Of a stretch of DNA of 64,000 nucleotides, positions 28,745-38,723 are shown one piece after another. The stretch spans positions 1-64,000 of the forward strand of contig CAZXWN010000012.1 in the NCBI GenBank assembly GCA_964644695.1. The letters run 5' to 3'. Under the pieces are notes generated by a model. It had not been told where the DNA came from, made no database searches, and worked only from the letters and a program-made list of their open reading frames with translations. Made by a program: the position numbers and the translations under genes. Origin of the DNA: an uncultured bacterium (lineage in GTDB: Bacteria; UBP4; UBA4092). Positions within the stretch are counted from its first letter, which is position 1; each line of letters begins with the position of its first letter.

Positions 28745-30511
28745 ATGCCAGATATCATTCCTGAAACCAGTTTTATTGGTATTGACATCGGCAGCAGTTG
28801 GGTCAAAGCCGTAGAGCTCAAAAAAGGGTTCGGCGGCTATGCCATCAGCAAAGTTGCCCGGAAGCAAATAGCTACACCGGAAACAGATACTCCTGAGGAA
28901 CGGCAGAAAGCTAGCATTTCTGCTGTGACTTCTCTTTTACGGGAGAACGGGATGACAGGCCGGAATGTTGTAGTCGGTCTTCCTGGCTATCAAATATTTG
29001 TTCGGAAAATGAGAGTTCCTGATGCGGGCGGGGACCGAATTGGTAAGATTGTTCAATATGAAGCTCGCCAGCAGATTCCTTTCCCCTTAGAAAAAATCAC
29101 ACTGGACTTTCATTACAAACCTATCGCTGACAGTAATGAAGTAGAAGTCCTTTTAGTTGGTTCAAAAAAAGAAATTATTGCAGAATACATGGGCTGGTAT
29201 CGCAAGTCGGGTTTGAAACTGAAATATTTGGATGTTTCTCCCGTCGCCCTGTATAACTTCCAAAAATATATTGATCCCGCCTTAGGTGATGAAGCCACAG
29301 CCTTAATTAATATTGGAGCTGCCACGACGGATATTAGTATTGTCCGTGATGGCGAACTTGGGTTTACCCGTACCGCTCCCGTTGGTGGCAACGATATTAC
29401 CCGTAACATAACAAAGTATCTTGAGACCGACTTTGCCCGGGCTGAAGAACTGAAACTTCAGTTTGGCCGTGTTCCTCTGGATTACGAAGTATCCCTTGGA
29501 TTAGATGAAGGGGGCTCCGCAGAAGAACAGTCTGTCAGTAAAGCCGTTGTGGCTGGATTAGACCGTATCGTTAATGAAATCCGTCGAACCTTTGATTACT
29601 ATATTTCTCAACCTGACGGTGTCGCTATTGGTCGTGTGGTTATCAGTGGTGGAACCTCCTTACTCAAGAATATTGAAGGTTTCCTGAGTGAGAAACTGGC
29701 TATTCCTGTAACGACTGTTTCATCCATGGAAACGTGGAGCAACCTAAAACAGGCACAGGATAAATTTGCCGAAGATATCCCATGGTGTACGACAGCTATC
29801 GGTTTAGCATTACGCAGTGCACCCAAAATTCCGAATATTACTCGAGTAGATTTCCTGCCGCAGGATTTGAAAAACATCCGCAACTTTAATCAAAAGCGAT
29901 TACAAATATTAATCGCTGCAATATTGATGTTTGTGGTTGTGTATGCCGGGTCGTTGGTGGGTGGTTCCAAAATCTCCCAGTTAACATCCCAGGCGAATGA
30001 ACTGAAGAGCAAAGCCCAACAGGTTAAATCCGGTAAAACTCAATACGATAGTTTACTGAAAAAGAAAGATGATATGGCTAAGGTCTATACAGGACTTCAG
30101 CTCGTTGTCGGTAAACGAGATTACTGGATGAATGCTTTGGCCGAAATAAATCAGAAACTCCCGGCTGACTTGTGGATTACGAAACTTCAGGCCTATCAGG
30201 ATTATGAACAGAAACAAACAGGTACCGGCGTTACGGGTATGATTTCTAACTTGGTCGGTAGTAGTCCATCTGGGCCGCAGTGGAAAATGGTTATTGAAGG
30301 CAAGACGACTCGCCAGGGTGCGGTGACTGATTTGGCGAATAATCTCCAAAGTGCAAAATTCATGTCTTACAACAAAGACGGTAAGCCTGAATTACGAACG
30401 ACCTTTATTTCTACATCTCCCACTCGAGACTCTCGTTTGGGTGTAGATGTTACATCGTTTACTTTTGAAATTATTTGTAAACCGCCGGCGTTTGCCGATC
30501 GGAAAATATAA
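28745..30511 (+). CDS. PilM-PilN fusion protein (GspL-like architecture)
   Basis: Actin-like PilM motifs GIDIGSS, NIGAATT, SGGTS and AIGLALR. These continue in frame into RVDFLP (PilN INLLP motif), a TM helix, a coiled coil and the PilN core (LAEINQKLPADLWITKL). Confidence 0.85.
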   Translation: MPDIIPETSFIGIDIGSSWVKAVELKKGFGGYAISKVARKQIATPETDTPEERQKASISAVTSLLRENGMTGRNVVVGLPGYQIFVRKMRVPDAGGDRIGKIVQYEARQQIPFPLEKITLDFHYKPIADSNEVEVLLVGSKKEIIAEYMGWYRKSGLKLKYLDVSPVALYNFQKYIDPALGDEATALINIGAATTDISIVRDGELGFTRTAPVGGNDITRNITKYLETDFARAEELKLQFGRVPLDYEVSLGLDEGGSAEEQSVSKAVVAGLDRIVNEIRRTFDYYISQPDGVAIGRVVISGGTSLLKNIEGFLSEKLAIPVTTVSSMETWSNLKQAQDKFAEDIPWCTTAIGLALRSAPKIPNITRVDFLPQDLKNIRNFNQKRLQILIAAILMFVVVYAGSLVGGSKISQLTSQANELKSKAQQVKSGKTQYDSLLKKKDDMAKVYTGLQLVVGKRDYWMNALAEINQKLPADLWITKLQAYQDYEQKQTGTGVTGMISNLVGSSPSGPQWKMVIEGKTTRQGAVTDLANNLQSAKFMSYNKDGKPELRTTFISTSPTRDSRLGVDVTSFTFEIICKPPAFADRKI

Positions 30512-30525
30512 AGAGGATTGAGACC

Positions 30526-30828
30526 ATGGCAAAAGTGAAAATGGATCCCCAGGATGTTCTTAAGCAGGTTATCAATCATTCTGAATATATTGTGATCGGT
30601 TTGTTGGTTTTAGTCCTAGTTGTTATGGTTCTTTTGATGGGACGGTCTTCAAAGCTGGAGTTACCTCCTCCCGGTAAAATTGATACGAATATGACTTTGC
30701 CAAAAGATGCTATAACGGATGTGGAACGTGCATTAAATGGATTGGTTCCCATTGAACAAAGCAAATATCAGAAGGAATTGTTAGAACGCAATATGTTTGC
30801 CCCGCAAGGACAAGCAGGTAATAATTAA
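30526..30828 (+). CDS. Small bitopic membrane protein, possibly a truncated GspC/PilP-like component
   Basis: RBS AGAGGA, one TM, Pro-rich linker, ends at ERNMFAP. Lies between the pilMN fusion and the secretin. Confidence 0.6.
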   Translation: MAKVKMDPQDVLKQVINHSEYIVIGLLVLVLVVMVLLMGRSSKLELPPPGKIDTNMTLPKDAITDVERALNGLVPIEQSKYQKELLERNMFAPQGQAGNN

Positions 30829-31032
30829 TTTCGTGAATGTGGATTTGATTCTGATCAAAAAGAATAAAGTGATGAGAATTAGATAAAACATTCATTTTGA
30901 ACTGTTAAGAGACGCTTGGTTTATGCTAACATAGGCGCTGTGTGTTTATGTTTTACTATATTGGGTTGGTTTATACCCAAAACAATTGAAGACAAACGAA
31001 AGAATAAATGAGAAATCATTTTTTGGAGGAAT

Positions 31033-34000
31033 GTGACTGTGCACACCAAAACAAGAAGATATCTAACGACACTGCTGATGGTCGGGTTCCTGCTAGGTTG
31101 TCTCCCGATGGGGTGGGCAGCTGCAGACTCCGATACCCTTCTCGCTGCCTCAACTACTAAGGACAAGGTCACTCTTTACCAAGAGGAGAAATCGGCGGCA
31201 ATTAATGCCTTCATGAAGGAAGGTAAGGACTTGCTGTCAAAAGGTAAATATGTGGAAGCAAAGGTCAAGTTCGAAAAGGCTTTGAAACTTGATCCTGAAA
31301 ATGCTGAAGCAAAAACTTACCTCCAAAAGTGTGATGAGGCCGCACAGTCAATTTCTACCAATGTGGTTCCCAGTACTCAGGATAAAAAAGCTGCTGAATT
31401 AAAAGCAAAAGAAGAAGCGAAAGCAAAGGCCGAAGCTGAGAAAGCCGCCCGTTTAGCGGCTGAGGCAAAAGCTAAAGCGGATGCTGAAGCCCAAAAAGCC
31501 GCCGAACTGGCCGCAAAAAAGGAAGCTGAAGCAAAAGCCAAGGCTGCAGCTGAAGCGCGTAAGGCCGCTGAGTTGAAAGCTAAGGAAGACTCAAAGCTTA
31601 AAGCTGAAGCTGATAAAAAAGCCAAATTAGAAGCTGAAGCAAAAGCCAAGGCCGATGCCGAAGCCAAGAAAGCCGCTGAATTAAAAGCAAAAGACGATGC
31701 TAAGCTGAAAGCTGAAGCTGCCAAGAAAGCACAGTTGGCTGCTGAGGCAAAAGCTAAAGCAGCTGCAGAAGCTAAGGCAAAACTGGAAGCTGAAGCCAAA
31801 AAAGCTGCTGAATTAAAAGCAAAAGAAGATGCCAAACTAAAAGCCGAAGCCGATAAAAAGGCTAAATTAGAAGCTGAAGCAAAAGCCAAGGCTGATGCCG
31901 AAGCCAAGAAAGCCGCTGAAAAAGCTAAATTGGAAGCTGAAGCAAAAGCTAAAGCAGCTGCAGAAGCTAAGGCAAAACTTGAAGCTGAAGCTAAAAAAGC
32001 TGCTGAATTAAAAGCAAAAGAAGATGCCAAACTAAAAGCTGAAGCCGATAAAAAAGCTAAATTAGAAGCTGAAGCAAAAGCCAAGGCTGATGCCGAAGCT
32101 AAGGCTAAAGCGGAAGCTGAATTGAAGAAAGCTGCTGAACTGAAAGCGAAGAAAGATGCCGAAGCAAAAATAGAAGCTGAAAAGCGTGCGAAAGAATTGG
32201 AAGCTTTACGGCAACAGCAAATTGAAGCGCAGAAAAAAGCCGAAGCTGCAAAAGCCAAAGCTGAAGCCGATAAACTTGCTGGACAGATTAAGGCCCTCAT
32301 TGCTGAAGGAAAGTCTCTCTATCAGTCTGGCAAAATTGAAGATTTAGATAAGGCGAAAGATACCTTTGAACAAGTACTGACACTTGATCCAGGGAATAAA
32401 GATGCTTCCCGGTACCTTTCACTTATTAATGAAAAAATCAAGAAAGCCCAAGAAGCAGAGGAAGCAGCTAAAGCTGCGCAGCCTCAGGCAAAAATCATTG
32501 AAACAAATGTTACCCAAAACGAAGTTGTGCAAACTGCTGCAGACAATAGTGTCTCAACGAATGACCAGGCACGTGCTGAAAGTATAAAAAAAGCAGAAGC
32601 TGAAGAAGCCAGATTCCGTGCTGAAAAAGCGCGGGAAGATGCTGCTCGTACCGTTAAATTAGTGGAAGAACACTATAAAGCCGGTATTGCATTCATGAAT
32701 CAAGGTCAAGTTTTGAAGGCTAATGAAGAATGGAATAAAGCTCTCGAATTAAATCCAGACTATACTCCAGCTCGTACCATGATTACTGAAACTCAGGCCG
32801 AGTATCTGAAAGCTCTGGAAGTACAGAGAGGCCAAGAAGAATTAGCCAAAATTGAAACTGAAAATGATGCCCGTATGAAGGAAAAAATCATCACTATTGA
32901 TGTTACAGATCAGGAAATCGGTGATGTTTTGACTCAGATGGGTGCTGTTGCAGGATTCAATGTTGTAATTGGTGAGGGTGTTAAAGCAAAAGTTAGCGCT
33001 TCTTTTGCAAATGTTTCACTGAAAGATGCTTTAGATAATTTATTACCTCAACATGGATTCAAATATGTGCGAAATGGAGATATCATCCAAGTCGCCGTTG
33101 ATCTTAAAACACGTATATTCCAGTTAACAGATGAACAGGTAAAGCGTCTCCGGTATGCGATGGTCGAAGACAAGATTCTTCAACGTCAGATTTACGGTTC
33201 TGATGCCAAACCAAAAGTTGCTGGTCAGGAAATGATTTTCGATGAACGGTCTCATATCCTTACCATAACTGATTCTCAAGCCAATATAACAAAGGTAGAT
33301 GAATTTTTAAAGAATCTTCCGGCCCCACAGGCTGATGAGTTGATTGTACGTGTCTATACTATTCGGACTGGAAGTGCCGAAGAAGTCAGAAAACTTGTTC
33401 AATCAATGGTAGATGCTGGTGCTGCAAATTCTCCTGATGCTGATGAAAGAAAAGTAATTCTTGAACAGAATGGGAATACCCTTGTTGTTAAGGATACTGC
33501 TGAAAGCTTAAAGAAAATTGAAGAATTTTTAATCGACCGTAATTTCTTGGATAAGTTAACAAATCAGGAATTATTGGTTAAGGTATTCCATCTTTCTACT
33601 GAAGAAAACATCATGACCCCTGAAGCTTTAGCCCGTAAAGCAGAATTAGTAAATAATGTTGGTGAAGTTATTGAGACTATGCTTTATACAGCTCAGGGAC
33701 GTGAACAGGCCTATGAAGAAGGTCGTCGTATCTATAAAGATGCACGAACTGGAACTATTACCGTAATTGATAACACAGACAATCTTCGGAAAGTTGAAGA
33801 GTATATTGCCCAGCTTCCGACAGGTGAAGAACAGCAGATGCTGAGTCGCATTTATACAATTAAGAATGCGGATCCTAATAGTCTGCGAAATGTAATTAAC
33901 CAGATTCTTCAGGAATCTAGGGGTGGTTCTGGTGGTGGTCAGGCTGGTTCTTATGTGACGGGTGTTATTTCGGTGGGTGCTGGAAATGGCCTAGTATTCA

Positions 34001-35292
34001 TGGATTGTACTGTTGAATTAAACGGTGTCGAAGGTGATACTACTACTCCAAGCGCACGTTTATACATCTACACCCCACTGCGTGATAGAGAAGTTACTCT
34101 TGCTAAGAATAACAGTGAACTGGTGGATAACTACCGTATTCGTGTTACTGATGCATGGGTTGATCGGCAGGAAGCTGAAATTGAAATTCGTTTAGCTTCA
34201 TTTGCTGCAACAAATAACTCAGCCAACCTTTATGGTGGAAATTATGGCACTGATGCTTTCAGCAACAACATGATGGGTCAGGGGTATGGTGCAAATCCCA
34301 TGTCATTGACCGGAACCACAAACCAAAATACAAAAACAAGCAGAGCTCCATCTCTTCGGGTTGATAATAGTACCAACAACATTATCGTGTTGGCTTATGA
34401 TCCAAAAGATTTGCAGATGATCGATGAGTGGATCAAAAAACTAGATGTAGCTATCCTCCAGGTTACGATTGAAGCAAAATTTGTCGAAGTCAGTGAGACC
34501 AGAGCTAGAAAACTGGCCGTTGATTGGCTTATCCCAAGTCTAAGCAACTGGGGAAGCTTGAAACCTAACAGTGATCCTGTTGGTTTTGGTCGAACAGTTA
34601 ACGGTTCTGCTGATCCAATTAAGACCGTTTTCAGTTCGGACCCACTCATTAGTGACTTGAGAAATAATAACCTGATGGCAGGTGGAGTTCAAATGAGCTA
34701 TGAGGCAATCGGTGGACTTCAAGTTGCGTTACAGGCCTTGGAGGCAGATGGCGTTGTTAATGTCATAAACTCTCCAAGAATTACTGCTCTTAATGGGGAA
34801 GAAGCTACCCTGACTGTTACCCAGAGTATTCCTTGGATGTCTTATGAAGTTAATTCAACTGCAACAAGTATTACTTGGGAAACGGATTCTGTAATTATCG
34901 AGTTAAAGGTTAAGCCAACAATCCACCAGGATGGTTCTGTAATTCTTGATATTGAACCTCGAGTTGACAAGCTTGTAGGTCGGGCTCAAGGTGGTAACTT
35001 TAACTTAACTGAAACAACGATTGGTTCGATTATCCCTGGATTGCAGACAATGTATAACACAACCTTCGGTCGCCCAATCATTGATACAAGAAATTTAACA
35101 ACTCGTGCTAGGGTTTCGGATGGTGGTACCATTGTTCTTGGTGGACTAATCCAGGAAACTGACAAGTCTTCTACTACGAAGGTGCCATTACTTGGTGATG
35201 TTCCATTTATCAAGTATCTATTTAGAAGAACGCAGGATGTTAAAGACAAAAACCGGTTATTTATCTTCTTAACAGCTACGATTGTTCCTTAA
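31033..35292 (+). CDS. Giant secretin (TPR + TolA-like Ala/Lys rod + N0 + four KH-type N domains + secretin core)
   Basis: Signal peptide, TPRs (ALKLDPEN, VLTLDPGN, ALELNPDY), C-terminal QVTIEAKFVEV, NSPRITALNGEEA, TIVLGGLI and KVPLLGDVPFIKYLFR. GTG start after GGAGGA. Confidence 0.9.
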   Translation: MTVHTKTRRYLTTLLMVGFLLGCLPMGWAAADSDTLLAASTTKDKVTLYQEEKSAAINAFMKEGKDLLSKGKYVEAKVKFEKALKLDPENAEAKTYLQKCDEAAQSISTNVVPSTQDKKAAELKAKEEAKAKAEAEKAARLAAEAKAKADAEAQKAAELAAKKEAEAKAKAAAEARKAAELKAKEDSKLKAEADKKAKLEAEAKAKADAEAKKAAELKAKDDAKLKAEAAKKAQLAAEAKAKAAAEAKAKLEAEAKKAAELKAKEDAKLKAEADKKAKLEAEAKAKADAEAKKAAEKAKLEAEAKAKAAAEAKAKLEAEAKKAAELKAKEDAKLKAEADKKAKLEAEAKAKADAEAKAKAEAELKKAAELKAKKDAEAKIEAEKRAKELEALRQQQIEAQKKAEAAKAKAEADKLAGQIKALIAEGKSLYQSGKIEDLDKAKDTFEQVLTLDPGNKDASRYLSLINEKIKKAQEAEEAAKAAQPQAKIIETNVTQNEVVQTAADNSVSTNDQARAESIKKAEAEEARFRAEKAREDAARTVKLVEEHYKAGIAFMNQGQVLKANEEWNKALELNPDYTPARTMITETQAEYLKALEVQRGQEELAKIETENDARMKEKIITIDVTDQEIGDVLTQMGAVAGFNVVIGEGVKAKVSASFANVSLKDALDNLLPQHGFKYVRNGDIIQVAVDLKTRIFQLTDEQVKRLRYAMVEDKILQRQIYGSDAKPKVAGQEMIFDERSHILTITDSQANITKVDEFLKNLPAPQADELIVRVYTIRTGSAEEVRKLVQSMVDAGAANSPDADERKVILEQNGNTLVVKDTAESLKKIEEFLIDRNFLDKLTNQELLVKVFHLSTEENIMTPEALARKAELVNNVGEVIETMLYTAQGREQAYEEGRRIYKDARTGTITVIDNTDNLRKVEEYIAQLPTGEEQQMLSRIYTIKNADPNSLRNVINQILQESRGGSGGGQAGSYVTGVISVGAGNGLVFMDCTVELNGVEGDTTTPSARLYIYTPLRDREVTLAKNNSELVDNYRIRVTDAWVDRQEAEIEIRLASFAATNNSANLYGGNYGTDAFSNNMMGQGYGANPMSLTGTTNQNTKTSRAPSLRVDNSTNNIIVLAYDPKDLQMIDEWIKKLDVAILQVTIEAKFVEVSETRARKLAVDWLIPSLSNWGSLKPNSDPVGFGRTVNGSADPIKTVFSSDPLISDLRNNNLMAGGVQMSYEAIGGLQVALQALEADGVVNVINSPRITALNGEEATLTVTQSIPWMSYEVNSTATSITWETDSVIIELKVKPTIHQDGSVILDIEPRVDKLVGRAQGGNFNLTETTIGSIIPGLQTMYNTTFGRPIIDTRNLTTRARVSDGGTIVLGGLIQETDKSSTTKVPLLGDVPFIKYLFRRTQDVKDKNRLFIFLTATIVP
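31384..32280 (+). repeat. Coding tandem repeats (Ala/Lys/Glu helical rod) inside the secretin
   Basis: Repeated units such as KAAELKAKEDAKLKAEADKKAKLEAEAKAKADAEAK. Near-identical DNA copies at about 31800 and 31995. Confidence 0.9.
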
Positions 35293-35305
35293 GTAAGTAT
35301 TGATT

Positions 35306-35343
35306 ACTCGTCCGCCGGCAATATTGTCGGCGGACGAGTCTTT
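35306..35343 (+). terminator. Intrinsic terminator after the giant secretin
   Basis: ACTCGTCCGCCGGCAA/TTGTCGGCGGACGAGT stem followed by CTTT. Confidence 0.75.
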
Positions 35344-35501
35344 GCTAAAATAAGTAGTGATAAATTAAGTATCATTTTTTATGTCTGTTGCCCAAATATG
35401 ATTCTTTCCTAGAAGTCTATTCGACTAGATAGTAAATATTCCCCTTGTTCAATGATTTTATGAACAAAATTCACTAAATAAAAGCAATTCTGCGATTTTA
35501 T

Positions 35502-38072
35502 ATGTCACCTAAATCATTTTATGTTGTTGATGGCAGTTCTTATTTGTACAGAGCTTTTTATGCTATCCCTGACCTGAAAAGTCCACAGGGGAAGCCGACT
35601 AATGTTATATATGGCATGGTTGGTATGCTCCAGAAATTAATTAAGGAAAACAGACCTGACTCTCTATGTGTTTGCTATGACCTTCCTGATCCAACATTTC
35701 GACATAAGGAATTTAAAGAATATAAGGCACAACGTAAGCCAACTCCTACAGATTTAGTTGCCCAAATAGAACCTGCAAAACAAGTGATTTCAGCCATGGG
35801 AATAGAACAGATGGAACTGAAAGGTTATGAGGCAGATGATTTAATGGCCTCATTAGCACTTGCGGGTTCTAAACAAGGATATGAGGTAATTTTGGCGACA
35901 GGCGATAAAGATATTTTGCAGCTCGTGTCAGATACTGTAAAAGTACTTAGAATTAACCCTGTTGGTCAAGAAATATATGATTTTGAAAAAATAAAGGAAA
36001 AATATGCTGTTTCACCCGAATGTTTGCCTGATTATCTAGGTTTAACAGGAGATGCTTCTGACAATTTTCCTGGAGTTCCAGGTATAGGTGACAAAACAGC
36101 AAAGAATCTTCTTTTGGAGTTCGGTGATTTAGATAATCTCTATGAAAAGATTCATCTTGTAAGAAATAAACGAGTTCGAGATATACTGATTGAAAATAGA
36201 GAGTTAGCCTTTTTTTCGCGCTCGTTAGCTACATTGAAAAATGATATTGAAATTACGAAATCAATCGAAGACTTTTCTATAAAAACACCTGATTACGAGA
36301 AATTGACGCAATATTTTGTTGAGTATGGGTTTTATAATCTATTAAACGAGTTGAAATCCAATGATGACCATAAATCAGAAGATAGTGAGTATAAACTCGA
36401 TTTAGATGAAATAATCCCTGTTACTGTTAATACATGTAGCTCATGGTGTGGCGCCTCCAAGATTATTGGAATTGCACAATATGAGGATCTGATAATTGGA
36501 TATAATGGGGATAGCTTTGCTCAGATAGAAATTGCCAACCTAAGTCAGTTGAAGTGCAGTGATAATAAAGAAAAGATATGGATTTGGAATGCAAAACCAT
36601 TGTGTAAAAGATTATTATCAGCAAATAAAGAACTGAAATTAATTTTAAATGACTTATCTATTGCCGCTTTGTTAGCAGGACACACTCAAGCTGATTCACT
36701 TGGAAAACTAGCATTAGAATTGAACAGGCACAATATGATTGAATCTGCTGAGTCAATTGATAGTGATAAGGTAAAAAGAAATACTGCAATACAGGCTTAT
36801 GAGACATTTTCCTTAGTTGAAAAGATTGAACAGGAACTTATTGATAAGAACTTGTCTGATTTGTTTATAAATATTGAGAATCCTCTTGTTGTATTGTTAG
36901 CCCAATTTGAATTGTCAGGCATAAAGGTAGATGTAACCCTCCTTAGAAAACTACAACAAGAATTACAGCATGAGGTGAATCAACTGGCACTTAAAATAAT
37001 GAATACGGCTGGGGTCGAGTTTAATATTAATTCCCCAAAGCAATTGGCTGATATTCTTTTTGAGAAGTTGAAGTTACCCACTGCAAAAAAAACGAAAACA
37101 GGCTTTTCAACCAATGTTGAAGTATTAGAATCTTTACGCGGTGTACACCCTTTGCCAGGAATGATCTTGGATTACCGGGCCCTGTACAAAATTTTAACAA
37201 CGTATGTGGAGAGTTATCTCTCATTAACTAAACCTGGACATGATATTATTCATACAAAGTTTGATCAAATGGGGGCGAACACGGGTCGAATTGTTAGTTC
37301 TGAACCAAATTTGCAGAACTTGCCGGTTTTTTCAGAGTGGTCTAATCGAATTAGACAGTGTTTTATACCCCGGACCGAAGACGCGTATTTTCTTAGCGCA
37401 GACTATTCGCAAATTGAATTGCGGATATTGGCTCATATTAGTCAGGATCCAGGATTAATACATGCATTTAAGAATGACAGAGATATTCATACAGAAACAG
37501 CTGTTAATGTTTTCAAGGTAATGAGTGAAATGGTTACCTCAGAAATGCGTAGAGCGGCAAAGGCTATCAATTTTGGCATTGTATATGGAATGAGTGCTTA
37601 TGGTCTTTCAAAGTCATTAAAGATTAATGTTTCGGAAGCTCAACGTTATATTGATAATTATTTTGAGCAGTATCATGGTGTAAGGGTTTATATGGATAAG
37701 GTGATAACCGAGGCCAGAGAAAAGGGTTTTGTCACTACACTAATGGGAAGAAGATGTCCCATATTGGACATTAAAAGTGTAAAAGCTAACATTAGAGAAG
37801 CTGCTGAGAGGCAAGCTATTAATGCCCCTATCCAGGGCAGTGCTGCTGATTTGATGAAACTGGCTATTCTGAAAGTCGCTGAAGCACTTACTCGTAATCA
37901 GTTAGAATCAAAAATATTGTTAACTATTCATGATGAGCTGATATTAGAAGTTCCCAAAAATGAGATTGAAGTGACAAAAGAATTATTAAAAGAAAATATG
38001 GAAAGAATTGTTAAATTATTAGTTCCGGTTCGAGTGGATATATCAATTGGCCGTTCCTGGGCTGAATGTTGA
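35502..38072 (+). CDS. polA: DNA polymerase I (degenerate 3'-5' exonuclease region)
   Basis: VDGSSYLYRAFYA, EADD, GDASDN, ADYSQIELR, KAINFGIVYG and IHDEL. Confidence 0.97.
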   Translation: MSPKSFYVVDGSSYLYRAFYAIPDLKSPQGKPTNVIYGMVGMLQKLIKENRPDSLCVCYDLPDPTFRHKEFKEYKAQRKPTPTDLVAQIEPAKQVISAMGIEQMELKGYEADDLMASLALAGSKQGYEVILATGDKDILQLVSDTVKVLRINPVGQEIYDFEKIKEKYAVSPECLPDYLGLTGDASDNFPGVPGIGDKTAKNLLLEFGDLDNLYEKIHLVRNKRVRDILIENRELAFFSRSLATLKNDIEITKSIEDFSIKTPDYEKLTQYFVEYGFYNLLNELKSNDDHKSEDSEYKLDLDEIIPVTVNTCSSWCGASKIIGIAQYEDLIIGYNGDSFAQIEIANLSQLKCSDNKEKIWIWNAKPLCKRLLSANKELKLILNDLSIAALLAGHTQADSLGKLALELNRHNMIESAESIDSDKVKRNTAIQAYETFSLVEKIEQELIDKNLSDLFINIENPLVVLLAQFELSGIKVDVTLLRKLQQELQHEVNQLALKIMNTAGVEFNINSPKQLADILFEKLKLPTAKKTKTGFSTNVEVLESLRGVHPLPGMILDYRALYKILTTYVESYLSLTKPGHDIIHTKFDQMGANTGRIVSSEPNLQNLPVFSEWSNRIRQCFIPRTEDAYFLSADYSQIELRILAHISQDPGLIHAFKNDRDIHTETAVNVFKVMSEMVTSEMRRAAKAINFGIVYGMSAYGLSKSLKINVSEAQRYIDNYFEQYHGVRVYMDKVITEAREKGFVTTLMGRRCPILDIKSVKANIREAAERQAINAPIQGSAADLMKLAILKVAEALTRNQLESKILLTIHDELILEVPKNEIEVTKELLKENMERIVKLLVPVRVDISIGRSWAEC

Positions 38073-38092
38073 TTTTGCAGGTGGTAAATATC

Positions 38093-38698
38093 ATGGATAA
38101 AAGATCCATTGTTATTGGTGTGACTGGTGGCACTGGTTGTGGTGTTACGGTTGTATCTCAACTCCTGAAAGAATGGGGGGGGGCTTTAGTTAGTGGAGAT
38201 CAGTTGGCCCGTGACATTATGCAATCAGGCATGCCCGCGTTTAACGCGGTAGTAGAGGCTTTTGGAGCGTCAATAGTAACACCCTCTGGTCAGCTTGACC
38301 GTCGTGGGCTTGGAACTATTGTTTTTAAGGATAAGGAAAAATTAGAACGACTTAACAAGGCCGTTCATCCTTTTTGGATTGCAGCAATCAAGGAGAATAT
38401 CGCAAAAGCGCGTGAGTCTGGGGTTGATGTAATCATTGTAGATGCTGCAATACTTTTGGAAACTGGGCTCAAAAGTTGTGTGGATAAGATAGTCGTAGTA
38501 ACGGCCCCCCTGCGTTTACGGAGAGCGCGTATTATGTCTCGGGATGATTTAGATGAAACACAAGCTGACCAAAGAATATTTTCACAGGTCCCTGTATCTG
38601 AAAAAATTAGCCAAGCTGATTATGTTATTGAAAATAACGGCACATTGGAGCAAATAAAAACAAAATTAGAGGAAATCAAGGCTGACCTACTGAGTTAG
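38093..38698 (+). CDS. coaE: Dephospho-CoA kinase
   Basis: [10 protein letters not shown] variant P-loop, LDRRGLG, VHP and ADYVIENNG. Follows polA. Confidence 0.9.
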   Translation: MDKRSIVIGVTGGTGCGVTVVSQLLKEWGGALVSGDQLARDIMQSGMPAFNAVVEAFGASIVTPSGQLDRRGLGTIVFKDKEKLERLNKAVHPFWIAAIKENIAKARESGVDVIIVDAAILLETGLKSCVDKIVVVTAPLRLRRARIMSRDDLDETQADQRIFSQVPVSEKISQADYVIENNGTLEQIKTKLEEIKADLLS

Positions 38699-38723
38699 TT
38701 TCAGTTTTGCAAAGGAGAGTAAT

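Noticed and set aside
31384-32280. Tandem DNA repeats as a possible CRISPR array
   Set aside because: The repeats are in-frame coding units with synonymous variation, have no unique spacers, and no cas genes are present.
31377-32300. 307-aa Ala/Ser/Phe/Leu-rich ORF on the minus strand
   Set aside because: Antisense shadow of the low-complexity Ala/Lys repeat in the secretin, which lacks stops on the opposite strand.
28405-35343. Secretin module as an island integrated at tRNA-Asp
   Set aside because: No integrase. The only match to the tRNA 3' end downstream is a 7-bp CGTCCGC in the terminator, which is chance level.
36350-36850. AT-rich, degenerate middle region of polA as foreign DNA or a pseudogene
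   Set aside because: The frame is intact, and loss of the proofreading motifs is common in bacterial PolA.
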